From: Bilabrum cf. latius
Taxonomy: Eukaryota
Direction: 5' to 3'
NCBI GenBank assembly: GCA_965178125.1
Contig: OZ237739.1
Coordinates: 124,001 to 188,000, forward strand
Length of the DNA stretch: 64,000 nucleotides
Under the pieces are notes generated by a model. The model was not told where the DNA came from, made no database searches, and was given only the letters and a program-made list of their open reading frames with translations. The position numbers and the translations under genes were made by a program. This document shows, piece after piece, positions 48,701 to 60,921 of the stretch. Position 1 is the stretch's first letter; every line of letters starts with the position of its first letter.

Positions 48701-51700
48701 GACGCGGAGGACCTGCCCCCTCCCTTCCCCAAGGGTGGTCGACCCCTGGGCCCAGATGGGGGGGGGCTAGGGGAAGGCCCCACCCTGGGGGCACTCGCAC
48801 TGGTGAGGCACGTCCACCGACGCATCGCCAGCGTGCTGGGCGGCCCCTCCACCGGGGCGGGCGCGGACATCCGCGAGGCCCTGTCGCCCACCAAGGGAGC
48901 TTCGGGTGGGCGGCAGGTGGTGGCCCCTGTGACCGCGCTGGAGGCCGTGGCTGCCGCTGTGGTGCGTGCGCACGAGGTGACGGCAGGTGCGTGCAAGTCG
49001 GGTGCTGCTCGCGCGCAGGGCAGGCAGACCCTGCTGAGCGGGGTATCTCCCCGGGATTTCCTCGAGTCTCTGCAGCACGCGCAGGCGCAGCTGGGCAGCC
49101 GAAGGTCCGATCTTGAGGACAGGTTTGTCCACCTGAGCGGCGGCCTGTCGCAGCTGGAGGGCGCCGCCGCATCGGTGGCAAAGCTGCAGCAAGAGCTGGC
49201 CCGCGCCGGGGAGGAATTGGAGAAGAAGGAGAAGGAGGCCGGGCAGAAGTTGCAGGAGATTCTGCGCGACACCAAGCAGCAGGAAGAGCAGAAGAAGCAG
49301 AGCGAAGAGCTCGACAAGCAGGTGGCCCAGAAGCGGGAGGAAGTCAGGGTCAAGCAGGACACGGTGGGCACCCAGTTGGGCGAGGTGGAGCCCGAGCTGG
49401 CACGCGCCCAAGAGGCCGTGTCGGCGCTGGACAGCAAGGCGCTCGCCTCGATCCGGAACATGGCCAAGCCGCCCTTCCCAGTACGGAGGACCACCGAGGC
49501 GGTGCTGCTGCTGGCCGGGCCCTCCCTGGGTCTGGATGCCTCGGTTATGGAGGCAGCCATCCGAGCCGCCAAGAAGATCCGCAAGGAGGCCGAGAAGGCT
49601 GGTGGCGGGGCCGCCGCGGGTGCGGGTGCAGGTGCGAGGGGCGGCAAGGCCTCGGCGGGCACACCGCTGTTCGACTGGTCCGAGGTGCGGAAGATCATGC
49701 GCAACAAGGACTTCATCAAGTCCGTGGTGCGTCTCAAGAGCGACGACCTGCCTCCTCCCGTGCGGGAGGCAGCCGAGGCGCTGCTCATGGACCCCGAGTT
49801 CAACCTGGAGAGAGTCAAGGTCGCGGCCGAGGCGTGCGGGCCCATGTTCACCTGGTTCAGCAGCCAGATCAAGTACGCCAGCATCCTGCAGAGCGTGGGT
49901 CCGCTGCGAGCGGAGGCGGCCCGGCTCAACGAAGAGACGGTCGCGCTGGAGAACAAGCAGGGAGAGATCGGGGAGCAGCTGGCCCAGCTGGACGCGAGTC
50001 TCGAGGGTCTCCAGCGGGAGTACAGGGACCTCGTGGCGGAGACGGAGCGCATCCGAGCGGAGAGGGCAGCAACCGAGAAGCGGCTCGGCAGGAGCCAGTC
50101 ACTCATCGACGGGCTGGCGGGGGAGAGGCACAGGTGGTCAGCAACCCTCAAGGGGCTGGCTCGGGACACGGCGGCCATCCCGGGGGCAGTGTGCATGGCA
50201 GGTGCGTTCCTGGCGTACGCGGGGAGGTTCGACGCCGCGCAACGAGCGCTTGTCACATCCCGCTGGGCCGACGTGCTGCGCTGCCTGGGCTTCCCGGCGG
50301 TGGGCGCGGCGTCCTCGGACGTGGGTGGTTCCATGGTCCCCGTCAAGGCGCGGGACGTCTGGAGGCAGGACGGGCTTGCGACGGACCCGCTCTCGGTGGA
50401 AAACGCACTCCTCGTGGCGCAGGCGGTACGGGCGCCGCTGCTGCTGGACCCCACCGGTGACGCCCACGGCTGGCTGCTCCGTGCCCTGGCCAGGCGCATC
50501 CCTGCCCCTGCTGTCCGAGACGGGGGCATGGGCGGCGGCAGCGGCCAGGATGGGACGACTGGCGGCGGGTCGTCGTCCTCGGGGCAGCAGTAGGCAGGCT
50601 CGAGGCGAGTTGCGACCGGCGGTGCTCTGAACCTCGAGGCCCTCGCCGCCCTGACCTCTGGAGGTGCTGGGGAGGACCAGGATGGCGGCAGCGGCAGCGG
50701 CGGTGGTGGCGGTGGCGGAGCGGGGGTGGGCTTGGGTCTGTCCTCGCTGTCTTCGTCTTCCTCGTCGACCAGCGTGCAGGTGATGTCCCAGGACCAGGGG
50801 AACTTCGTGAAGGTGCTGGAGACCTGCCTGCGCTTCGGCAACGCCGCCGTTCTGACCGGGGTCCGGCTGGGCGGGCACGGCGGCATGGCGGTGGATCCCG
50901 TGCTGAACCCAGTGCTAAACAGGGAGGTATCCTCGCAGGGAGGCAGGCAGACGATCGCGGTGGGCAACCGCATCGTTGATTTCGCGGAGAGTTTCCGGCT
51001 GTACCTTTGCTCTGTGGACGAGGACCACCCCGTGCCTGCGGACGTGGCGAGCCGCTGCAACGTGGTTTCATTCTCCCTCTCTCCCGCCTCGCTGGTGTCT
51101 CGGCTTCAGCAGGAGGTTGTCTCCTCGGAGCGGCCGGAGCTTTCCACCACAATGCAAAGCGCCATCGAGAGCGTCACCAGGTCGGAAGCAAGGCTGCGGT
51201 GGCTGGAGGAGCAGCTGCTCACGAGACTCTCAGAGTCTGGCGGCAGGGGCGCGGGCAGGCACAGCCGCGGGAGCTCTCTGGGCGGCGGGGGGGACGGCGC
51301 CTCCACGCTCCTGGACAACGACGAGCTGGTGCAGCAGCTGACTGGGCTCAAGTCGCAGGTGCAGCAGCTGGAGCAGGAGGCCCAGGGCGCCAAGCAGCAG
51401 CTCAAGGAGGCGCAGGAGGCCGCCGATTCCTACCGCCCGGTCGCAGCCACGAGCGCTAGGTGCGTGCAGGCGCTGCGGGCAGGGGAGTGCCTGGACCCTT
51501 GCTACCGCTACTCGATCCGTGACCTGATCCACCAGCTGAGGGTGGTGCTGAACTGGTCCCGCCCTGAGGCGAGCGATGCAGCCGCCCATGGCGAGGAAGG
51601 CAAAGGTAATGGCGAAGGTGAGGAGCAGGAGGGCGCGGGAGGGGACGCCAGAATGCGCAGCCTCCTGCTGTCCTCTCGCATCGTGGCGCACTTCGGACGA

Positions 51701-54700
51701 ACGTTCCTGCAGGGTTCGCTGGAGAGGCACCGGCAGGCCCTGCAGCTGCGGCTGGTGCAGGCCTGGGGCGCGGCTCGGGGGGCCGCCGCGGGGAGCAGCG
51801 ACTCTGTCGGTGCCGTGCCCTCTGCCCCCGAGGCGCTGCGCGCCGAGGCAGACGCGGCCGGAGTGGCGCTACCGGGTGACTAGGGGTCTATCGAGGCGCT
51901 GGCTAGGGCGGTGGGTACTGCCACGAGGGAGTGGGGTCTGCTGGCGGGCGACTCTGCGGTGGGTGGGGAACACGGGGCGGCTCCTGTGCTGCCATCCGAG
52001 GAGGTGCTGGCTCGCGCGCGGGACGCGGCCCCCGTGGCACTGCGCGGTGCTGCGGGCGCGCCGACTCCCGAGGTCTCCCGTCTGGCAGAGCTGATCGCCG
52101 TGGGTGGTCCCGCGTGGGAAGGCCTGGAGGCCTCCCTGAAGAACCCTACCAGCAAAGAGGCCTGGGCGGGCGTGGCGGATGGCACCCGGCTGGCATCCAG
52201 CGTGGTGCTGCCCGAGTCCTTCGACCCCCTGGCCGGCCTGCCCGGGCCCATGCGTGGGCTGCCCAGCGCGCGCGTGCTCTCTGCACTCAGGACGGCGCTG
52301 GCTGTGAGGGCGCTTGCCCCTCGCATGCTGCCCATGGCACTCGATGCTCTGATCGCCGCTGCGGGAGACGTCGTGGGGAGAGCAGTCCATGAAGGGAGCG
52401 AGGAGGGCGAGGCCGGGCCCAAGTCCGTGTTCGAGGTGGACCCGAGGGCGGGAGGTGCCTCCGCCCTCTCTTTGCTCGGCAATGACGACGACCTGGCGTA
52501 CAGCGTGCTGGGAGAGGGCGCCATGCCCTCCCAGGGAACACCGGTGCTCCTCATGGGAGCACCGGGGGCCGACCCAGGTGCCGCCGTGGAGTCTCTGCAC
52601 GCTGCCTGGGAGACCAGCGGGGGCGCACAAGGTGCCGGGCTGGTGTCCGTTGCCCTGGGCTCCAGGCAGGCGCAGCAGCAGGCGCAGAGGGCGGTGAGGG
52701 GGGCGCGGCGCCGCGGCGGGTGGGTGCTCGTGCGGAACTGCCACCTGGCCCCGCAGATCGCCGAGACGCTGGCCAGTCTGGCAGAGGGAGACAGCGGGGT
52801 GTCCGGGTCCGGGGGCGGGGGCCGGGGCGGGGGAGGCGGCGCAGGACGTGCCAGGCAGTCGGCCCACGGTTCCTTCAGGCTATGGCTGGCAGCCGAGATG
52901 GCCAACGGGACGGGGACGGCTGGTGACGGCAGCGGTGTCATGCCGGCCCAGCTGGTGCGCAGGTGCAGGGTGGTGACATTCGAGCCCGCCACGGGGCTGC
53001 GCGCCTCGCTAATCCGGACGCTCAGGGTCGCGGAGAGTGCACTGCACGGTGGTGCGGCCGACGGGGATGCCGCGTCGGGGAGTGATGCAGTCGCTTCGGC
53101 GGGCGGCGGCGCTGCCCCCGAGCTGCGGCCCGCCGAGACCCACCGTCTCGTGTTCTCCGTGGCACTGGCGCACGCAGTGTGGACGGAGCGAGCCGCGATG
53201 GCCCCGCGTGGTTTCAGCCAGCCGTACCCTTTCAACGCAGCGGACCTGCAGTCGAGCGTGAGGCTGGTCAAAGAACTGGCGCAGGACACGGCGAGGCGGG
53301 AGGACGGCAGCCTGGCCCAGCACGTTGTTCCCCAGAACCTGCCCTGGGAGGCCTCCAGCGCTGTGCTGGAGCTGGCCGTGCACGGGGCGCGGCTGACCTC
53401 GTCGCACGACGGGCAGGCTCTGCGCGCACTTGCCCGAGGGCTGCTAACGGCGGGGACGTTCGAGGCGGGGCAGCCCCTGCTTCGAGCCGCCTTCGGGGCA
53501 GATGACTCGGGCGAAGCGGCGGGAGCGGAAGGCAGCGGTGGTGGCGATGACGAGTCCGGGGCCGTGGTGCTCCGGTCTCCCCCGGACGACGTGTCCACGT
53601 GGGACAAGTACGTGGATTGGGCGCGGCAGGCCGTCCCTGCGAGCGTGTCGCCGGAGTGGCTGGGCATCCCGGCGGAGGCTGCATCTCGCGTGCAGCAGGG
53701 GCGCGGGGAAGAGACGCTGGACGCGTGGGCGAGGATCCGCGCGGGCGCCGTGGCAGGGGCGGGGAGCGGGCCTGCCAAGGAGAGCTCCTCGGAAGCCAGC
53801 GGGGGGGACGGTGGCGAATTAGAGAAACAATCGGACGCCGCGGGTGCAGAAACCACCGCACGCGCTGCGTTCGGCGCGCTTGTTGGCGGTTGGCTGTCCG
53901 ACTTCCGCGGGGTGCTGCAAGGGGCCAAGGAGGCCAGTGACCGGCTGCAGGCGGTGAGCGAGGCTGCGGCTTCTGCCCTCACCACGGCATCTGGCGATGG
54001 TGAGGAGGGCAGTGGTGACGGTGCTGATGACGATGCTGACGGCAGGGCCGGAAGGGCCGGCGCCACGCAGCCGCTGCTGCAGTGGGTGTTCAGGGAACTA
54101 GATGCCGTGCGAGCGGCCGCTGGAGTCGTGGCAGCTGATCTGGCCGCCGTGGTGGAATCGAGCGCGGAAGATGAGGGCGTGGGGGTGGCTGGAGGGAAGG
54201 GTGGAGGCGACGGCAGGAGCAAAGGCAAGGCGTCTGCTGCTGCATCGGACGGACGGTCGCCACAGCAGCTGCTGGACGGTCTCAGAGGCGCGGACGGGGC
54301 CCCTGCTTCAGTCCCGGCAACCTGGGAGGACGCAGTGGCGGGCTGGCCGCTGCTTGCGCCCGGCAAGCCCGCTGACTGGGTGCAGGCCGTCCGGGTGCAT
54401 GCCACGGGATGCATCGAGGTACTCAGGTCGGTGACCGCGGCGTGCTCCGCGTGCGTTGGGGAGCAAGGCAGCAAGGGCAAGAAGAAGCGAGGGGCCAAGG
54501 GCAATGCAGCTGGTGCTGGTGCTGGTGCTGGTGCTGGTGCTGGTGCTGGTGCTGGTGCTCTGGTCCTGGGTGAGCTGGCTGTGGGTGCGGTGACCGCGCC
54601 TGCTGCGCTGCTGGCCGCCTGCCGGCAGGCTGCTGCCGGCATCACGGGCGCGCCGGTGAGCGGCCTCAGGCTCCAGTGCCGGGTGCTTAGTGGCGAGGGC

Positions 54701-55060
54701 GAGGGGGAGGGAGAGGGAGAGGCTAGTTCCGAGGGGGGCGGGTCTGGGGGGAGCAGCGCCCCCGCTTCCATGGTGGTGCCTGTGCTTGTGGCAGAGGGGT
54801 GTGCATGGGAGGGCGGAAGCCTGAGGCCGAGTGCTTCCCTGCGGAATGCGGTGAGGGGCGTGCACCTATGGTGGGAGGAGGCCTAGGGGGAGGGGGCCTA
54901 GGGGGAGGGGGGGAGCTAGTCGCAGGTGCTCACTGTGCCCATGTACGCGAACGCGACGAGGAAGGAGCCCGTGGCTGAGGTGACCCTGCCTGTAAGCGGG
55001 GATCTGGGGTAGGATGCGTGGGCGGCACGGCTGGTTGCGCTGCTGGCTTGGAGCCACTGA
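34955..55060 (+). CDS. DYNC1H1: Cytoplasmic dynein-1 heavy chain (~6,660 aa; predicted exon 34955-34962 plus one exon 35080-55060; 18 in-frame TAG)
   Basis: Linker [16 protein letters not shown]1 [37 protein letters not shown]2 [30 protein letters not shown]3 [37 protein letters not shown]4 [20 protein letters not shown]; coiled-coil stalk and MTBD; AAA5; AAA6 [17 protein letters not shown]-terminal VPMYANATR...W..RLVALLAW. All ORF-track pieces are in one frame. The first mini-exon is tentative. Confidence 0.95.
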
Positions 55061-55324
55061 GAGAAGCAGCGGTTTTATCCCCCTTGATCCGGATGCAGAC
55101 TGCATGGATTTATATGACTAGGATAGGATCGAAGCATTGGCACCCTCAGTTGAATATTATGTACGTACGGCGCCCAACGGGCTCGGCAACAGGGCCAGTC
55201 CTGCAAAGAGAACGACACGTATCCAAATGGGAACTCGCTGTTCTATGCAATACAACCACATACGACAGCCAAAGCCGCCCCAGCTGAAGGCTCTTGCTTC
55301 CACCCAACCAACCTGCTGGCACAA

Positions 55325-56162
55325 TCAGTGCCCCAGATGTCCCCGGCCAGTGCGAGTCCGCACGCGCGAGTTGCGGAGCTGGATGGCCTTGTGTGTCTGG
55401 TGGCCCCTGCCGCGGGTGGACTCGTACCGCTGCATGTAGATGGGGAGCGGTCGCACACCCATGTCCTTCACCGCGGAGCGGTACTGGTCGTAACGGTTCC
55501 TGATCATGTACCGGAGCATCTTCCTGCGCTGGGCGAGCAGGCCCTGCATGTGGTGCTTGGCCGACTTGTCATGGGGGTGCGCTCGCAAGTGTCGCTATCT
55601 GGCCTCAATCCGTTCGTTAAACATCGCTACTGCGGTACAGAATTTAAGTAAGAAAATAATTATTCGATGAGGCATTTTGCACGGAGCCCAGTGCTCGCGC
55701 GACGGGGCGGTGAGGTCACCAGGCGATAACAACAACACAGTGTTCCAGCTCACTCTATACTCGAGAAGAGCCCGTATCGTACGGGCTATTTCGGTATCTT
55801 CGGTGCAACTAGTATCTTCGGAACTATCTCAATTCTGGGATAGAGGCTGTCCGTGTGGACAATGCCCTCAGCACTTTGTCACTGCGGCCTTCCAGCTACT
55901 CTGGGAGCGTCAGAAAACGAAATCCATGGTCTGCCATCGAGGGCAGCTGCTCCGATTCATCCACATGTAGGTCCTTCGATCGATACGCGGTCTCATCCTC
56001 CGTAGGGAATCTCTGCACGGGGACTTGCACCTTGTCCTTGTACTGCAAGAACTCGTTCTCCTTTGCCACCGCTGCCACAGCTGACGAATGGAGCTTCATG
56101 GCGGATCCTAGCGATGAAACAATGGTCTTTGATCTTCTTGCAAGCCCAAACGCGCGCATCAT
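55325..56162 (-). CDS. MRPS15: Mitochondrial ribosomal protein uS15m (exons 56162-55754, 55629-55325; 237 aa)
   Basis: Presequence-like N-terminus; DTGSSRV*|IAMFNERI....HLRAHPHDK...GLLAQRRKMLRYM...Y......LG/MGVR is the uS15 signature. Confidence 0.9.
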
Positions 56163-56389
56163 GCTCTCTGAAGAGCACTGCGGGGCTACTTAATGAGACG
56201 TAAAATTTTGTGGTTTATTGTGGCGTATTGTTTACGATTTTCGATTAGGTTGCGACCAGGCAGTTGCAGTCCGTTCCAAATTATTTGCGACTCCCATTCA
56301 GCGAGATGGTGGTCTCCTTTGCAAGCTCTTGCCGCGCCTCTAAATTGAAGTGACTGTTATACAGGTTCTGACTCTAATAAATCATCCAA

Positions 56390-58666
56390 ATGGCCTCTGC
56401 AGTGTGGCGGTTTGCTCCGCCAAAGAGCCGGTTTCACCCGATACCCATCCACATGAAGTTCCTTGCGAACGGCTGCGCTTACCGTATCCAGCGACTCGTT
56501 CGTTGTTTTTTGCTATCACGGCGCGCGAGCAAGGGCGTCCGAGCCCTGATAGAGTCGCGAGTGACCAGTATCTAGAAAGTCTGGCGAGGCTTTCGAGCCC
56601 GAAGGTACTACAGGTGGCTCCAATGGAAGCGCGAGTGGGCAGCGCGCACGGCTCAGCGCCTCTGGCGCGGTCTTTTAGCTCGTCGAAACGCCGCTAGGCT
56701 TCGCGAGAAGCGGATCCGCCTGTGGGCGGCCGTGCAGCTGCAGAGCCTGTGGAGGGGCCAGAAGGCTAGGAAGGTGCTCAAGATGTGGCAGGGCAAGCGC
56801 CACGCATGCGCGACGTTTCTTCAAGTGTGGTGGAAGCGCCACTTGGACCTGTTGCTCGCAGAAGAGGACTCCAGAGAGACACTATCGGGCTGGCTGTCCT
56901 CCATCCTGGCCCTGGGATACTCCAGGGACCCCGTCGCGTTGCGAAGCACGCCCGAACTGCTGCGCAAGGCGCATTAGAACGCGCTGCGGCTGCGCTACAC
57001 CCGTGGTGCCAGCCTAGAGCGCACCGGCCGCCTGCCCCCGAGCCTTCTCGCGGCTCAGTCCGGCTCCATGGCAACGGCGGCTGCGGGGAGCGGCGGGCTG
57101 GCCCTGAACGCGCAGCAGGCCAACAGAGCGAGAGCCACGGCCCGCGTGTTGGGGGGCCAGGTGGCGGCGGCAGCCTCGGCAGGGGCCGACCCCTCGCTCG
57201 TGATCGAAGGGGGGGCGGGGGGAGGCACGGGTACAGCCAAGCTGACCATCGTGAACGTGGCGGCAGCTAAAAAGACGGCGGGCGCGGACGCGCCCGCGGC
57301 CGGCCGTCTGGTGGGTCGCCGGACGGGCCGCAAAGGCGGTGCCACCACCGTTAAGGTGTGGGGAATGGCGGCGGCGGGTCGCAGGCTGCTGGATGCGAAG
57401 GGGGGCGCCAGGGCACAAGCCAGGGAGGACGAGGAGGGCCAGGCCGGGGGCGGTGGTGAGGACGAGGAGGGGGGCAGCGGGGGCCGGCGCGCCTCCATCA
57501 GCGCCACGGCCTCGGATGGTGGCGTGTCGGAAGCGGTTGAGAAAGCCCTCGCGGATGCCGGTGACGGTTCGTTGCTGGAGAGGCAGCGGATGGACGCGCA
57601 GATGAAGGTGTTCCGGCACCAAGGCAAGACGCTTCCTGGGCCTAAGGTGCCGCTGCGGTCAGAGCCGTGGGGAACAGAGGAGGAGGGCACGCTGACGGTG
57701 TGGGATGGTGTCGATGGGAGCGGGGGCAGCCGGCTGATCGTGCCTCGTGTGCTCGTCCCCGTCGCGCCCTCGGTCTCCTCCAAGGTGCGATCCAAGGGAT
57801 CGGGGCCCGGCGGGGCCACTGATCCGTCTTCCAAGCTGTTTCCCTTTGGGCAGCCCACGCTGGAGGAGACACTCAGAGACATGCGCCGAATCGCGGACGC
57901 CATCCAGCGGTACGCGGTTAGGGGGGTGGAGAGGGAGTGCAGGAGGGCAGCACACGCCGTGCGGTCGGGAGAGAAGAAAGCAAGGGACGCTGCTGTCCGA
58001 CTGCGGGCGGACGCGGCCCGGGGAGCGGCACTGCTCCGATCTGCGCGCCGGAAACGGACCCAGCTGGGCCTGCTCAGCGACCTGGGGCAGGAGATGAGGA
58101 CCGAGCTCAGCAGGCAGATGAGGAGGCAGGCGGGGCTGCAGAAAGCCACGAGGGCCACCAGGAAGGGCGTGGGGAGGGCTGCGGATCAGCTGCGGGAGGC
58201 GCTTCGCCGCAGCGGGGGCCTGCTGGAGGTGTCTCACGTGCGTGCCGTGCTGCGCGACGGCATGAAGGGGGCCTTCAAGGCCAGGCCCGCGCAGGAGGAT
58301 GGGGGGCTGGTGGGGGGCTTAAAAAGGTCTGGGAGCAGGGGTCGGAGTCGGGGCGAGGACTTGTCCGTACGGCTGGTGAGCGGGCTGGATCTGGGCAGCC
58401 CCTCTGACGGGGGACCTCATCGTGCGTTCGGGAGCAGACGGAAGGGCCGCGGCAGCCCAGGGGGCGGTGATGGTCTCGGCGTGTTGTTTGATGACGTTGG
58501 GGTCGGACCGGGGACCCCCGGTGCTGGAGATCGGCCGGGGAGCGCTTCATCTGCTGCTTCCGCGTGGGATGGCAGGCCGGGATCGGCCGGGGTGGGGTCC
58601 GGTGCGGAGCTCGCCGCCGGGGTGCTGGCAGCGGTGGGGACACCAATGGGCTCACCGATGGGGTGA
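56390..58666 (+). CDS. IQ calmodulin-binding motif protein (5 tandem IQ motifs; 758 aa)
   Basis: IQRLVRCF, I*KVWRGFRARR, AQRLWRGLLARR, LQSLWRGQKARK, LQVWWKRH. In frame across TAGs at 56573 and 56975; TGA stop. Start uncertain. Confidence 0.78.
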
Positions 58667-58883
58667 TTGCGTGTCGATTGTTGTTGTGGATGCTTAGGGT
58701 ATGTGTGCGTCTGTGCGTAATACATGGGGCAGGGTTGGACCGTTGCCAGCAGTGCGGGCCGGTGCTGCTTCCGGTCTGCACTCGTTGGTGGCGGATCGGA
58801 AGTCGTCGGTCTACAGCGCAATCACTCCGGTAGGCTTCGGTTCCCAACTGCATTTTGTTCCATTCATACGAAATAGTGCATCG

Positions 58884-60886
58884 ATGAGTACAGAGGGGGG
58901 TGGCGTTGAGCTAGATGCTATGCAAATTGCAGGAGCGGGTCCAGTGGGTCTGCTGCTGTCCAGCGCGCAAGCCTTTGAGCACAGTGAGCAAAGTTTATGA
59001 TCGACCGCACTTGCGTTTTCTAGTGTACCATGACATCTGACGCATGCGCCTCAAGATCGCTCTGCAAATTGCCGAAACCAAAAGCACTCTATCGCATGTT
59101 CGTTTGTGGCGCAGCCGAGTTTATCGACAAGCTGAGGCATGCGATGACCTCTGATCACCCGCCAGACGAGCCTTACGTTGATCACCGTACTCCTGGTGAT
59201 GCGGCAGCGTCATCGGCTCGGCCGTGGCGAGACTCGTACAACGCAAGGTGCACGATCCGAGGCCTGGCTTGGCAAGCGCTCCTCGGCGTGGACCAGGGGC
59301 GGGAAACGGCCGCGTACGCTAGCCTAGTCGCCAGAGGTCCCAGCGAGGCGGACCAGCGCGACATTCAGAAAGACGTGTCTCGCGTGTTTGCGGACGACGA
59401 GGAGTTCGTGCGCAAGACCCCAAATGCGGTGCTCTCTCGGCTGCTGCACGCACTCTCGCACGCGCTCCGGGACGCGGATCGGGCCGCGTCCCACGAGGCA
59501 AATACGAGCGAGCAAGCGGACGAATAGGACGCTGTTGGCGGCAAAGCAGCGGGGACTGCGTCCGGAACCTCTGCGGACCCGAATCAGCTCTCACTGCCGG
59601 CCGGATACAGCCAGGGCATGGGCAGGTGGGCCGGCGTGCTGCTGACCACCATGCCGGAGCCGGGTGCCTTCGCCTGTCTCCTGCAGATGACCACTCAGTG
59701 GGCCCCGCGCTGGTTCGGCTCCCGCTCGCAGGCAGTGATGCGAGCCTGCAAGCTCGTCGAGCAGATGCTCGGGGCGGTTGACCCCGTGCTGCACGCCCAC
59801 CTCTCCTCCAAGAACCCGGGCTACGGCAGCATGGTGTGCTTCCCCCGCGTGCTGTCCCTCTACTCCAAAATGAAGCCGCTCACCGAGGTCCTACGGCTCT
59901 GGGACCTAGTGCTCGCCAAGGGGCCCCAGCACGCGCTCGTGCTCTGCGCGGCCGAGTTTGCACTCAAGAGGGAAGCCATCCTCGCGGTAAACCGGAACCC
60001 CGCGGGCCAGCTGCAGGTGGACGTGGCCCCCGAGGTGAAAGCCTCCCCTCTCGCGGCCGAGGCGGCCCGTCTGCTGCCCTCTTTGCCTGCAGGGCTCGTG
60101 GAGGAGGCGGGGGCGCTGGGGGGCGGGCTCGGGCCCAAAGTGGCCGCGCTGGGTGGAGGCGGCGGGCATGGTGTGACGAGTGCGACGGGGGATGGCCGTG
60201 GCCCCACGATGGACAAGGACCTGGGCAAAGGGGCGGCAGGAACGGCCGCGTCTGCGGGCGGAACTAGCGGGCGCACGTCCGGCCGGGCCGCGGTGAAGCC
60301 GCCCACCATCCCCACCGTCCCCAGCAGCTCGCCCAGCAGCGGCCCTGACGGGGTGACAGGAAGGGCCGCCGGCCCTGGCCCGCGGTCCCATGGTAGGGCA
60401 GGCGCGGGCGTGTCCCGTGGCTCCGGTTCGGGCCCGGTGCGTGCAGGCCACCGGGCCTTGGGCTCCTCCGTGCCCTCTGTGCCCCAGCGCTCGTCTAGGT
60501 CGCACCGCACCGGCGTTCCCAGCGTGTACCCCAAGTCTAGGCAGTGGTCGTTCGAAGCGAATGAAGACGGTGCTGTTCCCCAGGGAACAGTTTCTTCCTA
60601 TACAGGGCAACGCTCCCGAGGTCGGGGCCCATCGGGTCCCTTGCACGGCCGGCAGAGTGGCGGAGGTGGAGGAGGCAGCAGCATCGCCGAAGCCAGGGCC
60701 AGGGCCGGTCAGCGCGTGGCAGGAGGCAGCAAGACCCGGCGGGGAGGCAGGGCCCGGCCCTCGTCCCGCAGCAAGGGCCGGAGGGGCGGCACGAAATCTC
60801 ACGCGGAACGGCCGGAGCAGGCGAGCACCAGGCCGCCGTGGGACAGGTCAAGGCCTGGACACTCGCGCGGCGGGCTGGCGGGCTCC

Positions 60887-60921
<35 letters not shown>

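Noticed and set aside
37846-54771. Long antisense and alternate-frame ORFs (e.g. 37846-40119, 48394-51060, 51880-54771)
   Set aside because: Shadow ORFs expected from ~70% GC coding sequence; low-complexity translations without motifs.
34955-55060. Dynein and other genes as pseudogenes or split genes
   Set aside because: Interruptions are exclusively TAG, with no TAA, TGA or frameshifts over ~20 kb, and catalytic motifs are intact. Random decay cannot produce this pattern.
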